Below, piece by piece: positions 18,428-29,414 of a DNA stretch of 64,000 nt (position 1 is the first letter of the stretch; each line of letters opens with the position of its first letter). Under the pieces are notes generated by a model, which worked only from the letters and a program-made list of their open reading frames with translations, was not told the origin of the DNA and ran no database searches. The translations under genes and the position numbers were made by a program. The DNA comes from an uncultured Pseudomonadota bacterium (GTDB lineage Bacteria > UBA10199 > GCA-002796325 > 1-14-0-20-49-13). The DNA lies in NCBI GenBank assembly GCA_964647545.1, contig CAZYHS010000006.1:4889-68888 (forward strand), in the 5' to 3' direction.

Positions 18428-20740
18428 ATGAGAACTGTTAAATCTATTTTCGGTGCAGTAATGCTTTTTGCGCTTTCATCGAGCGTGATGTGCGGGCTTG
18501 CATCGGCCGCCGACTTTAAGTCGATAGACACACGGCCTAAACAATCAATTTTAGAACGAGCGAAGAAATATTTGACCGGCGTTAAATATCAGTCCGAGCG
18601 ATGCTGGGGCAATCAGGTCGAACTTTACACCGAAAGCATCTTTGGGTCTAAGTGGAACAACTCGGCCGTCCTAAAAGTGTGTTCGCCGGCCGAAATTTGC
18701 GTGACTCCCGTGGGTGATATTAAAACTCCGTCCGGCAAGTCCGAATGTGTGAAGCCCGATTTTATCGAGGCGACAAAAGAGTGCGCCGACTTCGATGTAA
18801 AAAAAGTTACGATCGGTCTTTTGGGAAATATCGTGAGCTGGGACCAGAAGTGTATGAACGACACGCCTTTCTGCGTGCTCGGCGAATGCGTTAAAGATTT
18901 GCCTGAATATTGCGCCGACAGCGACGCCGGTGTTTTCCTGCAGGATGGAACTTTTCTAAAACGCGGCGTGATCGAACAGGCGCTCTACAAAGGGAGCGTA
19001 AAGCAACACAACCCGAAGGGGGATGAAAATACAAAGCTCGACGAATGCAAGGGCGATGTAACGGTGAACGGCGCGGTCAAGTCGATGATCCACGAGCTCT
19101 ATTGTGAAGGGACAAAGCGCGAGTTCAAGTCGATCGATTGCTCGTCGATAAAAGCCGGTGCAAAGTGCGTTGACGACAGGACTCTCGGCGCCAAATGCGA
19201 TATCGACCCCGCAACTCTTCCCGACGCTGACGGCGACGGACGCCCCGACATGTTCGATAATTGTAAAACGAAGCCAAATCCCGACCAGAAAGATACCGAT
19301 GGCGACGGCGTTGGCGACGTGTGCGATAATTGTTCATCTAAATCTAATTCAGACCAGCTCGATTCAGATGCCGATCTAAAAGGCGATGCGTGCGACAACT
19401 GCCCGAACGTTGCAAACTTCGACCAGCTCGACGCAAATAGTAACGGCATTGGCGACGCGTGTGATGAGGTTGTGACGTTCGTGAAGAGATTCGATCTGCA
19501 ATCTCATGATCAAGCAAGATATGCCGAGCAGACAAAAGATGGCGGATACATTGTGGCCGGTAGCTCTTATGGGGAATATAATCAGTCATCGCATGAGTAC
19601 GATAATATGCAGACTGTTGTGTTAAAACTTGATGTGAATGGCTCTATTGTTTGGCAGAAGAAAATCGCTGCGCATGCTGTCGGTACCATACATCAGACGC
19701 CAGATGGCGGATACATACTGTCTGGTATGAAAAACTTTCATGAGCTCGGGGAAAACGGTATTTTGCTCCGTTTGAGCTCGGCTGGTGATGTTATTTGGTC
19801 GAAACGCTTATATTCTACTTTCGTGGATTCCGGTACTGGTTCGAATGATTATCTCGCTGACGCAAAACAGATAGGCGACGGCGGGTTTATTGTTATTGGC
19901 AGAAATACTCTTGGTTCATTTTTGACTAAGACTGACGGGCTGGGAGTTTATCAGTGGCATAAATATCTTAAGGGTATTGCGTTCAATGCGGTCGTTGAAA
20001 ATTTTGATGGTAGTTTTTTTGTAGGGGGATATGCCGAATCGGCCAAAGCAGCCGTGCTGATCAAGTTTTCAGAGGTTGGCGAGATATTATGGCAGAGACG
20101 ATACAAAGGAATAGATGTTCTTCGAAGCATGATAGGCGGTATTGCACTTGTTCCAAATGACAGCGGGCTTGTTCTTGTCGGAGGTATTGCGGCTACTGCG
20201 GATTATTCTGAAAATCCACCAAATATTGGCATTCAATACAATGACACTGTTTGGGTCGCCCGGATCACTTCTGACGGGCAGATAGTTTGGCAAAAACGTA
20301 TTACTCCTATGGGGGTTGGTAGGGGGGTGGGTGTAACCGTAACAAATGACGGAGATCTTCTACTATTGGGTTATTACGGCCCGCAATCGAAATTGCATAG
20401 GTTAGATTTTAATGGGAATGCAACTTTATCTGCGGAGTTTGGTTATCATCTTGGCCCAATCAATTCGATCAATGCCACCAAAGACGGAGGTTTAATTGTT
20501 GCATCTTCTCTATCGAATGAAAGTGATATGGTTGTCATGAAGATCTCTCCTTCATTTGACCAGCCGACAGTTGATTGCATCTCACGTTCCATTTACGCAT
20601 CGCCTGGGAGCCCCGAATCAAATGCTGCTACAATCACCCATCCACAATCAGCGGGTGAGGTTATGCTAACCGGAGCCAGTTTTGAGACAAATTTTGTCGA
20701 CGCTGGCGTGACCGAAATAAATATCTGCCAAGGCCTCTAA
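18428..20740 (+). CDS. secreted protein with TSP3 repeats and SBBP-like beta-propeller repeats
   Basis: Likely start ATG 18428, giving MRTVKSIFGAVMLFALSSSVMCGLASA. The ORF track's 18386 start overlaps the upstream gene. TSP3 motifs (DADGDGRPDMFDNC, DTDGDGVGDVCDNC). Seven or more repeats of the form DGGYIV.G...........G..D.....L...G..VW.K. Confidence 0.7.
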   Translation: MRTVKSIFGAVMLFALSSSVMCGLASAADFKSIDTRPKQSILERAKKYLTGVKYQSERCWGNQVELYTESIFGSKWNNSAVLKVCSPAEICVTPVGDIKTPSGKSECVKPDFIEATKECADFDVKKVTIGLLGNIVSWDQKCMNDTPFCVLGECVKDLPEYCADSDAGVFLQDGTFLKRGVIEQALYKGSVKQHNPKGDENTKLDECKGDVTVNGAVKSMIHELYCEGTKREFKSIDCSSIKAGAKCVDDRTLGAKCDIDPATLPDADGDGRPDMFDNCKTKPNPDQKDTDGDGVGDVCDNCSSKSNSDQLDSDADLKGDACDNCPNVANFDQLDANSNGIGDACDEVVTFVKRFDLQSHDQARYAEQTKDGGYIVAGSSYGEYNQSSHEYDNMQTVVLKLDVNGSIVWQKKIAAHAVGTIHQTPDGGYILSGMKNFHELGENGILLRLSSAGDVIWSKRLYSTFVDSGTGSNDYLADAKQIGDGGFIVIGRNTLGSFLTKTDGLGVYQWHKYLKGIAFNAVVENFDGSFFVGGYAESAKAAVLIKFSEVGEILWQRRYKGIDVLRSMIGGIALVPNDSGLVLVGGIAATADYSENPPNIGIQYNDTVWVARITSDGQIVWQKRITPMGVGRGVGVTVTNDGDLLLLGYYGPQSKLHRLDFNGNATLSAEFGYHLGPINSINATKDGGLIVASSLSNESDMVVMKISPSFDQPTVDCISRSIYASPGSPESNAATITHPQSAGEVMLTGASFETNFVDAGVTEINICQGL

Positions 20741-20769
20741 AACAGGGATAATTTTCTCGTTCCAACCCC

Positions 20770-20798
20770 TTGACATGATGGGAGGTTTCGAGTAGTAG
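20770..20798 (+). promoter_or_regulatory. candidate promoter TTGACA-17-TAGTAG, only 6 nt before the guaB ATG (possible leaderless transcript)
   Basis: TTGACA at 20770-75, a 17-nt spacer and TAGTAG at 20793-98. No SD within 15 nt of the ATG. A similar TTGACA-17-TAGTCA sits upstream of the csp gene. Confidence 0.3.
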
Positions 20799-22262
<1,464 letters not shown>

Positions 22263-22273
22263 TACGGTTTGGC

Positions 22274-22453
22274 CGGTTAATTCTGTTAGTTCGGTTTAGT
22301 TTGTCATCCCCGAGGTCGTAATCGGGGATCTAGCGGTTACACCGAGTTTCCCGCTTAAAGCCGCGGGAATTACTAATTTCAGTCATTGCGAGGCCGTAGG
22401 GCCGAAGCAATCCAGTGCGTAAACGAGATCGCTTCGCTGACGCTCGCAATGAC
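22274..22453. repeat. composite of dispersed small repeats (word family A, then hairpin units of families B and C) in the guaB-guaA spacer
   Basis: CTGTTAGTTCGGTTTAG (22286-22302). GTCATCCCCGAGGTCGTAATCGGGGATC (22303-22330). TTCCCGCTTAAAGCCGCGGGAA (22348-22371). GTCATTGCGAGGCCGTAGGGCCGAAGCAATCC (22382-22413). Reverse unit GATCGCTTCGCTGACGCTCGCAATGAC (22427-22453). Confidence 0.6.
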
Positions 22454-22462
22454 CTAAACTTT

Positions 22463-24019
22463 ATGGACAAAATTCTAGTGCTCGATTTCGGTTCGCAAAC
22501 TACACAGCTCATCGCCCGCCGCATTCGCGATTTTCAGGTCTATTCTGAAATTCATCCTTTCAATATGCCGCTGGCCGAGATTAAAAAATTCGCTCCTAAA
22601 GGAATTATTCTTTCGGGAAGTCCGGCGCGCGTTATCGAAGACAACGTGCCGCGTCTTGATGACGAAGTTTTAAAACTTGGCGTCCCCGTCATGGGAATTT
22701 GCTACGGTATGCAGGAGATCAGCCGGATATTGGGCGGCGGAATTGCGGCCGCAAGGACCCGTGAATACGGATTTTCCGAAGTTGAGGCAGACCCAAGGTC
22801 GAAACTTTTAGCCGGTGTCGGCAAGGGGGATGTTTCATCGACCGCGTGGATGAGCCACAACGACATCGTCGATCGAGTCCCCGAAGGTTTTTTCATCTCC
22901 GGCATAACAAAAGATTGTCCGGTTGCGGCAATGGAGAGCTTCGACGGAATGTTCATGGGGACGCAGTTTCACCCTGAAGTTACACACTCAAAGTGCGGCC
23001 CACAAATCCTGAAGAATTTTACGTTTGAGATTTGCAAGTGCAAGCCGTCGTGGACGATGAAGTCGTTCATTGAAAAAGAGACCGAACGCATTCGCGAAGT
23101 TGTCGGAAAAGATCACGTGATTTTGGGTCTCTCCGGCGGCGTCGATTCAAGTGTCGCGGGGATTTTAATTAACAACGCAATTGGCAAACAGCTGACATGC
23201 ATTTTTGTCGACAACGGGCTTCTCAGAAAAGACGAAGCCAAAAAAGTCGAAAAGATGTTCAAAGATAATTTCAAGCTCAACCTCGTTTGTGTCGATGCGA
23301 GCGAAAAGTTTTTGACCGAATTAAAAGATGTCATCGATCCGGAAAAGAAACGAAAAATCATCGGTCGCGTTTTCATCGAGGTTTTTGAAGAAGAGGCGAG
23401 GCGTATCGAAAAAGAGCAGGGGCACAAGGCGACTTTCCTTGCTCAAGGAACGCTCTATCCCGACGTGATCGAAAGCGTGTCGTTCCGCGGGCCGTCGTGC
23501 ACAATTAAGAGCCATCACAACGTCGGCGGGCTTCCCGAAAAAATGGGACTTAAACTTCTCGAGCCGCTGCGCGAGCTCTTCAAAGACGAAGTGCGCGAAC
23601 TTGGCCGTGAACTTGGCATGCCGGAAGATGTCATCGGGCGTCAGCCGTTTCCCGGACCGGGGCTTGCGGTGAGGCTTATCGGGCCGATGGTGAAAAAAGA
23701 TCTCGATCTTTTGCGCGAGGCCGACGATATTTTAATCCGCGAAATCAAAGCGGCGGGGCTCTACAATAAAATCTGGCAATCGTTTTGCGTGCTGCTGCCG
23801 ATCCAAACTGTCGGCGTTATGGGTGACGAGCGGACTTACGAGAGAGTCGTGGCGGTTCGCGCCGTTCATTCGACCGACGGCATGAGCGCCGACTGGGTCG
23901 AGTTGCCTTACGACCTCATGCGCAAAATTTCGAACGAAATTATCAACTCTGTCCGCGGCATCAACCGTGTGGTGTACGACATCTCCAGCAAACCGCCGTC
24001 TACGATCGAGTGGGAATAG
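22463..24019 (+). CDS. guaA: GMP synthase (glutamine-hydrolysing)
   Basis: Start at internal Met MDKILVLDFGSQTTQLIARRIR (the ORF track's 22415 extension runs into the repeat region). GATase domain with catalytic Cys (GICYGMQ) and an ATP-PPase SGGVDSSV motif. Confidence 0.9.
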   Translation: MDKILVLDFGSQTTQLIARRIRDFQVYSEIHPFNMPLAEIKKFAPKGIILSGSPARVIEDNVPRLDDEVLKLGVPVMGICYGMQEISRILGGGIAAARTREYGFSEVEADPRSKLLAGVGKGDVSSTAWMSHNDIVDRVPEGFFISGITKDCPVAAMESFDGMFMGTQFHPEVTHSKCGPQILKNFTFEICKCKPSWTMKSFIEKETERIREVVGKDHVILGLSGGVDSSVAGILINNAIGKQLTCIFVDNGLLRKDEAKKVEKMFKDNFKLNLVCVDASEKFLTELKDVIDPEKKRKIIGRVFIEVFEEEARRIEKEQGHKATFLAQGTLYPDVIESVSFRGPSCTIKSHHNVGGLPEKMGLKLLEPLRELFKDEVRELGRELGMPEDVIGRQPFPGPGLAVRLIGPMVKKDLDLLREADDILIREIKAAGLYNKIWQSFCVLLPIQTVGVMGDERTYERVVAVRAVHSTDGMSADWVELPYDLMRKISNEIINSVRGINRVVYDISSKPPSTIEWE

Positions 24020-24044
24020 TGAGCGTAAGTTTTCGCCACTTGCG

Positions 24045-24113
24045 TCATTGCGAGCGTTAGCGAAGCAATCCCCCTCGCCAAGCCCGTCATTCCCGAGGTC
24101 TTAATCGGGAATC
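24045..24113. repeat. family C and family B hairpin units just downstream of guaA
   Basis: GTCATTGCGAGCGTTAGCGAAGCAATCC (24045-24072). GTCATTCCCGAGGTCTTAATCGGGAATC (24086-24113). Confidence 0.55.
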
Positions 24114-24279
24114 TCCCTTCCGCTCCACACCGCATTAGGAATTTCTTGCGCTTTGTCAAAGCTCGCTAAGTTAATTACGCGTAAGCCAAGCCAAGAACCG
24201 CTATTGCAATAACGAGAGCGTTTGTCCTGCCCATCCTCATTGTACCGCTTGAGACTTAACGTGAAATCACGACAGCGGG

Positions 24280-24319
24280 GCCCGCCCGCTAACGCCTGAG
24301 CGTAGCGATGGCGGGCGGG
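24280..24319. other. strong isolated stem-loop (10-bp GC stem GCCCGCCCGC...GCGGGCGGG) in the 650-bp non-coding guaA-dnaE spacer
   Basis: Seen directly: GCCCGCCCGC TAACGCCTGAGCGTAGCGATG GCGGGCGGG. No ORF covers it. It could be part of a small RNA or an attachment/recombination site. Confidence 0.35.
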
Positions 24320-24420
24320 TAGAACATGGCGCGGTTCTAAGGCATTGGCTTTGAAAATTTATGACACTCGCTTTGAACTGCAGCCGCAATAAATCCCTAA
24401 AGCGGCGCGTGACACTAGAA

Positions 24421-24509
24421 CCCCGATTAAGACCTCGGGGATGACGTTCGGGGAATGTGCGGGGGATTCCGGATCTACGTCCGGAATGACAAAGAGGAGG
24501 CTGGAATGA
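24421..24509. repeat. cluster of family B hairpin units in reverse and variant orientation
   Basis: CCCCGATTAAGACCTCGGGGATGAC (24421-24445). ATTCCGGATCTACGTCCGGAATGAC (24466-24490). GGCTGGAATGAC (24498-24509). Confidence 0.5.
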
Positions 24510-24530
24510 CTTGAAAAACAGTTAATTCGG

Positions 24531-24625
24531 TTGTGTCGGTTAGGTCAGTTAGTTCAGTTAACTGACTAAACGGAAATAACGGAAATAACCGACTCAACTT
24601 ACCTAACCGATCCCACGATTATGCC
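24531..24625. mobile_element. solo MITE-like element of family A, about 95 bp, with a 10-bp perfect inverted repeat and no cargo
   Basis: TCGGTTAGGT (24548-57) and ACCTAACCGA (24613-22) flank an internal palindrome GTCAGTTAGTTCAGTTAACTGAC and GGAAATAACGGAAATAACC direct repeats. The words are shared with the flanks of the four-helix-bundle gene. Confidence 0.45.
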
Positions 24626-24668
24626 TTGACTGTCGCCGCGATTAAAAGTTAAACCGAGCCCACTTTCT

Positions 24669-27600
24669 ATGTCACACGCACAGTTCGTTCATCTGCATAA
24701 TCACAGCTACTACAGCCTCCTCGACGGCGCGCTGCCGATGTCGAAATTCATCGAAAAGGCCAAAGAATATAAACTGCCGGCCCTCGCATTGACCGATCAC
24801 GGCAATCTTTTCGGCGGCTTGGAGTTTTATCAAAAGTGCCTTGCAGCCGGAATCAAGCCGATCTTGGGCTGCGAGATGTACATAAATTCGACCGGCTCAA
24901 GAAAAGAGCGCGACCCCAGAAAGAGCGGCGAAGGTGGGTACAACCACCTCATTTTGCTTGCGAAAAACCACAAAGGTTACCAGAACCTCTGCCATTTAAT
25001 TAGTGTAAGTTATCTCGAGGGGTTCTATTATAAGCCACGAATAGATAAGGAGATTTTAGAAGAGTGCAATGAAGGGCTTATTGCGATGGGGGCCTGTCTC
25101 AAAGGCGAAATTCCTCAGCTTATTTTGCAAGGCGATATGGAAGGGGCGCTTGAGACCGCCGAATGGTATAAAAAAGTCTTTGGCGACCGTTTTTACCTCG
25201 AAATAATGCGCTTCGGTCTAGAAGATGAGGCCGAAGTAAATAAAGGCCTCATCGAAATCGGCAAAAAGACCGGCATTAAGCTTGTCGCCACAAACGACTG
25301 CCATTACATGACGCAGGCCGATTCAAGCGTGCACGACGCGCTAATCTGCATTCAAACCGGCACGACGATCAGCGAAACCAACCGTCTGAAATTTTCGACC
25401 GACCAGTTTTATTTTAAATCGCCCGATGAAATGGCGCAGCTTTTTAGCGACATGTCGGAAGCGGTGGCCAACACTTTAGAAATTGCGCAGCGATGCAATC
25501 TGGAGCTCGATCTTAAAACATATCACTTTCCAAAATTTCACTTGCCTGAGGGAAAAGATATCGCCTCCTATTTTGAAGAGCAGACGCGCAAAGGATTTGC
25601 CGAGCGTTTCGCCGATTTTAAGGCCGAAGATCTCAAGTCGTACGAAGAGCGTCTCACGATCGAGCTCGATCTCATTAAAAAGATGGGTTTTCCCGGATAT
25701 TTTTTGATCGTCGCCGACTTTATCAACTGGGCGAAGGGGAAGGGCATTCCGGTCGGCCCCGGCCGTGGTTCTGCTGCCGGTTCGCTTGTCGCTTACTGCA
25801 TGAAGATCACCGACGTCGATCCCATGCCCAACAAACTTTTCTTCGAACGTTTTCTCAACCCCGAACGCGTGAGCATGCCCGATATGGATATCGACTTTTG
25901 CATGCGCCGCCGCGGCGAGGTGATCGACTACGTGCGAGAAAAGTATGGATTCGTTTCACAGATCATCACGTTCGGAAAAATGAAGGCGAGAGCCGTTGTT
26001 CGCGATGTAGGCCGTGTGCTCGGCGTTCCGTACGGAGATGTCGATAAAATTGCGAAGCTGATTCCGGCGGCGGTCAACATGACGCTCAACGAAGCGTTGA
26101 GGATCGAGCCGCAGCTTAAAAAGATCGCAAAAGACGACGATCGAATTGCGCGTCTGCTTGAAATTGCGAAGGGCTTGGAAGGGTTTCCGCGTCACGCTTC
26201 AACTCACGCCGCAGGCGTTGTCATGAGCGACAAACCTCTCGACGCCTTTTTGCCGCTCTACGTCGGGCAGCACGACGAAATTGTAACGCAGTTCGATATG
26301 AAGTCGGTCGAGAAGGTCGGCCTCGTTAAGTTCGACTTCCTCGGTTTGAAAACTTTGACGGTCATGCACGACGCCATTTCAATGGTGAAAGCGCGCACCG
26401 GCAAAGATGTCGATCTGGCTAAAATTTCCCTCGACGACAAGGCTGTCTACCAGCGCCTTTCGTCAGGTGAAACTCCCGGCATATTCCAGCTCGAATCTAG
26501 CGGCATGACCGACCTTGTGATGAAGCTCAAACCGTCGTGTTTTGCCGATATCGTCGCTCTCGTGGCTCTTTTCCGCCCCGGACCGCTCGGCAGCGGAATG
26601 GTCGACGACTTCATCAACCGCAAGCACGGGCGCACAAAGATCGAGTACGAACTGCCGCAGCTTGAGCCTATCTTGAAGGACACCTACGGCGTCATCGTTT
26701 ACCAAGAGCAGGTGATGCAGATCGCAAGCGCGCTCGCCGGATTTACACTCGGCGACGCCGATCTGTTGCGCCGCGCGATGGGAAAGAAGAACGCCGATGA
26801 AATGGCCAAGCAGCGCGTCCGCTTTTTGGAAGGTGCCGCGAAAAATAAAATTCCGTCGGCAAAGGCCGAAAAGATTTTCGACCTCATGGCCGAGTTCGCC
26901 GAATACGGCTTCAACAAATCACATTCAGCAGCATATGCCCTCATTGCTTATCAAACCGCCTATTTAAAATTCCATCATCAAACCGAATTCATGGCGGCAC
27001 TGCTCACATCAGAAATTGCAAATACCGACAAACTCATTTTTTACATGAACGCCTGCCGCGAAGCCGGTATTACGGTGAGACCGCCTGACGTAAACCAGAG
27101 CATGACCGACTTTGCGGTTGTCGGCGAAAATGAGATCAGATTCGGGCTTGCCGCCGTGAAGGGCGTTGGCGCAGCTTCTGTTGAAGCGATGATTGCGACC
27201 CGCACTGCCGAAGGACCGTTCAAGTCGATCGACGATTTTTGTTCAAGAGTCGATTCGCGCAAAGCGAACAAGCGCGTCATGGAGAGTTTGATAAAATGCG
27301 GCGCGTTCGATAGTTTGGGTGTGCACCGCGCGCAGCTATTATCAATTCTCGACGTCGCAATGCAGCGCGCGCAAAGTGTGCAGCGCGACAGACAGGTGGG
27401 GCAGTCGAGCCTGTTCGATCTTTCGGGGGCTTCCGGCGGCGACGATTCAAGTTACGCGCAAATTCCCGAGGCGATTCCGTGGAGCGAACATCAGCTTTTG
27501 GCCTACGAAAAAGATGCGCTTGGATTTTACATTTCGGGGCATCCGCTCGCGCAATTTTCATCGATTTTAAAACTCTACGCAACGGCCACGACCGATGTAT

Positions 27601-28121
27601 TGAAAGAAAAGCCCGATGAAAGCGAAGTGAAGATCGGCGGCGTTGTCGCGTCGATGCGGGAAATTACGACGAAAAAGGGCGACCGCATGGCCTTTGTCAC
27701 TCTTGAAGATCTCAAGGGGATGGCCGATGTGATAGTTTTCCCCGAGCTCTATTCAAAATCGATGGAGGTCATTAAGAGCGACCAGCCGATTTTTGTTGTC
27801 GGAAACGTCGACGTCGACGAGGAGCGTGCAAAGGTGCTGGCCAGCGATATTTTACTCCTTGCCGATGTTCCGTCGCGACTGACAAAATCGGTCCATTTCA
27901 AACTTGCGGCGAGCGAAACCAATCCCAAGCAGCTTCAAACTTTAAAGCAGGTGCTCACTAGGTTTAAAGGCGACTGCAAAGCCTATCTGCACATGACAAT
28001 TCCGGGGAAGAGCGAAACGGTCATGGAGCTTCCTGTCGAATTCAGAGTCGCACCAAGTCAACAGCTGGTCGCATCGGTCGAAAAGATCTTCGGCCACAAT
28101 GTGACATATTTTACCGGCTAA
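24669..28121 (+). CDS. dnaE: DNA polymerase III alpha subunit
   Basis: PHP-domain N-terminus FVHLHNHSYYSLLDGA, polymerase core and OB-fold. 1150 aa. Confidence 0.95.
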   Translation: MSHAQFVHLHNHSYYSLLDGALPMSKFIEKAKEYKLPALALTDHGNLFGGLEFYQKCLAAGIKPILGCEMYINSTGSRKERDPRKSGEGGYNHLILLAKNHKGYQNLCHLISVSYLEGFYYKPRIDKEILEECNEGLIAMGACLKGEIPQLILQGDMEGALETAEWYKKVFGDRFYLEIMRFGLEDEAEVNKGLIEIGKKTGIKLVATNDCHYMTQADSSVHDALICIQTGTTISETNRLKFSTDQFYFKSPDEMAQLFSDMSEAVANTLEIAQRCNLELDLKTYHFPKFHLPEGKDIASYFEEQTRKGFAERFADFKAEDLKSYEERLTIELDLIKKMGFPGYFLIVADFINWAKGKGIPVGPGRGSAAGSLVAYCMKITDVDPMPNKLFFERFLNPERVSMPDMDIDFCMRRRGEVIDYVREKYGFVSQIITFGKMKARAVVRDVGRVLGVPYGDVDKIAKLIPAAVNMTLNEALRIEPQLKKIAKDDDRIARLLEIAKGLEGFPRHASTHAAGVVMSDKPLDAFLPLYVGQHDEIVTQFDMKSVEKVGLVKFDFLGLKTLTVMHDAISMVKARTGKDVDLAKISLDDKAVYQRLSSGETPGIFQLESSGMTDLVMKLKPSCFADIVALVALFRPGPLGSGMVDDFINRKHGRTKIEYELPQLEPILKDTYGVIVYQEQVMQIASALAGFTLGDADLLRRAMGKKNADEMAKQRVRFLEGAAKNKIPSAKAEKIFDLMAEFAEYGFNKSHSAAYALIAYQTAYLKFHHQTEFMAALLTSEIANTDKLIFYMNACREAGITVRPPDVNQSMTDFAVVGENEIRFGLAAVKGVGAASVEAMIATRTAEGPFKSIDDFCSRVDSRKANKRVMESLIKCGAFDSLGVHRAQLLSILDVAMQRAQSVQRDRQVGQSSLFDLSGASGGDDSSYAQIPEAIPWSEHQLLAYEKDALGFYISGHPLAQFSSILKLYATATTDVLKEKPDESEVKIGGVVASMREITTKKGDRMAFVTLEDLKGMADVIVFPELYSKSMEVIKSDQPIFVVGNVDVDEERAKVLASDILLLADVPSRLTKSVHFKLAASETNPKQLQTLKQVLTRFKGDCKAYLHMTIPGKSETVMELPVEFRVAPSQQLVASVEKIFGHNVTYFTG

Positions 28122-28157
28122 ACGGAACTAACTGACTTAACTGAAACAACTTTTTCC

Positions 28158-29384
28158 ATGAAAGAACGCGCGCTACTTGTCGGAATCAAACGCCCGAAAA
28201 TGACCAATTCGCAAATGGAGGCGAGCCTTGCCGAGTTGATAAGGCTCGTCGATACCGTTGGCTGCGACGTCGCAAATGTCGTTCGGCAGGAGCTAAAACT
28301 CATTACGCCGGCAACATTTATCGGCAGCGGTAAGGTCGAAGAGATCAAACAAATGGCGGAAGAACTCTCCGTCGATCTGGTTATTTTTGACGACGAGTTG
28401 TCGCCGGCACAGAATAAAAATCTGGCCGATTCTCTTAGCGTGAAGGTTCTCGATCGCACGGCCGTCATTCTCGACATTTTTGCAAAACGTGCGCGCACCC
28501 GTGAGGGCGAGCTGCAAGTTGAGCTCGCGCAGCTTTCGTACAGGCTATCGCGCCTGTCTGGCCGCGGCATTTCAATGATGCAGCAGGCAGGTTACATCGG
28601 CAACCGTGGCCCCGGCGAAACAAAATTGGAAATTGACCAGCGTCGTGTGCGCGAACGCATTTCACATCTTCGAAAAAAACTAAAAGAAGTAAGGCAGCAG
28701 CGCGAACTTCACAGGCGCAAACGCGAGCAGGTGCCGATCCCGATCGTTTCACTTGTCGGTTACACAAATGCCGGTAAATCGACGCTCATGAACGCTCTTA
28801 CAAAAGCAGGCGTCTTTGTTGAAGACCGGCTCTTTGCAACGCTCGACCCGACCGTCAGAAAAATGAAATTAAAAAGCGGCCGCGAAATTCTAATTGCCGA
28901 CACGGTCGGGTTCATTCGCAAATTGCCGCATCAGTTGGTCGAGGCGTTTCGTGCAACTTTCGAAGAGGTTGAACGCAGCGATTTACTTCTACACGTTGTC
29001 GACATCAGCGAGCCGGAGGCCGAAAATCAAATAGACGTCGTTGACGACGTACTTGCCGATATGGAGATGACGTCGAAACCGCAGATCGTCGTTTTCAATA
29101 AGTGCGACATGCCGCACAGATATGTTTTTGAAATCGGCAGTGGCGTTGAAATTTCGGCAAAAACAGGTGAGGGGCTCGAAAAACTCGCCGAAAAAATCGA
29201 AGAGCTTCTCTCACGCGGTTTCAAACATACAAGATTGTCTCTTCCGCACGACGCCGGCGCGATCCTTTCCGAACTCTACAGGATCGGTAGGGTAAGGCGC
29301 GTGATTCACAAAGGTGACTCTGTGATCGTTTCGGCCGACCTTCCCGAGAAACTTGCTGGGAGATACAGAAAATATTGCGTTTAG
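28158..29384 (+). CDS. hflX: GTPase HflX
   Basis: HflX N-domain followed by G-domain VSLVGYTNAGKSTLMNALT ... DTVGF ... NKCD. Confidence 0.9.
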   Translation: MKERALLVGIKRPKMTNSQMEASLAELIRLVDTVGCDVANVVRQELKLITPATFIGSGKVEEIKQMAEELSVDLVIFDDELSPAQNKNLADSLSVKVLDRTAVILDIFAKRARTREGELQVELAQLSYRLSRLSGRGISMMQQAGYIGNRGPGETKLEIDQRRVRERISHLRKKLKEVRQQRELHRRKREQVPIPIVSLVGYTNAGKSTLMNALTKAGVFVEDRLFATLDPTVRKMKLKSGREILIADTVGFIRKLPHQLVEAFRATFEEVERSDLLLHVVDISEPEAENQIDVVDDVLADMEMTSKPQIVVFNKCDMPHRYVFEIGSGVEISAKTGEGLEKLAEKIEELLSRGFKHTRLSLPHDAGAILSELYRIGRVRRVIHKGDSVIVSADLPEKLAGRYRKYCV

Positions 29385-29414
29385 TTATTCTTGTCTGTAT
29401 AAAATCGCGTCGAT

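Noticed and set aside
24120-24420. Possible tmRNA, RNase P RNA, SRP RNA or 6S RNA in the guaA-dnaE spacer
   Set aside because: I could not find the hallmark motifs by eye. These would be a tag-peptide reading frame with a tRNA-like end, the RNase P GGAAAGTCCGG-type core, or the SRP domain IV GGAA tetraloop context. The region is kept only as an unexplained structured region.
22274-24625. Possibility that the short repeats form a CRISPR array
   Set aside because: The units are heterogeneous hairpins in both orientations with irregular spacing. There are no uniform spacers and no cas genes in the window. They behave like REP/MITE-type elements instead.
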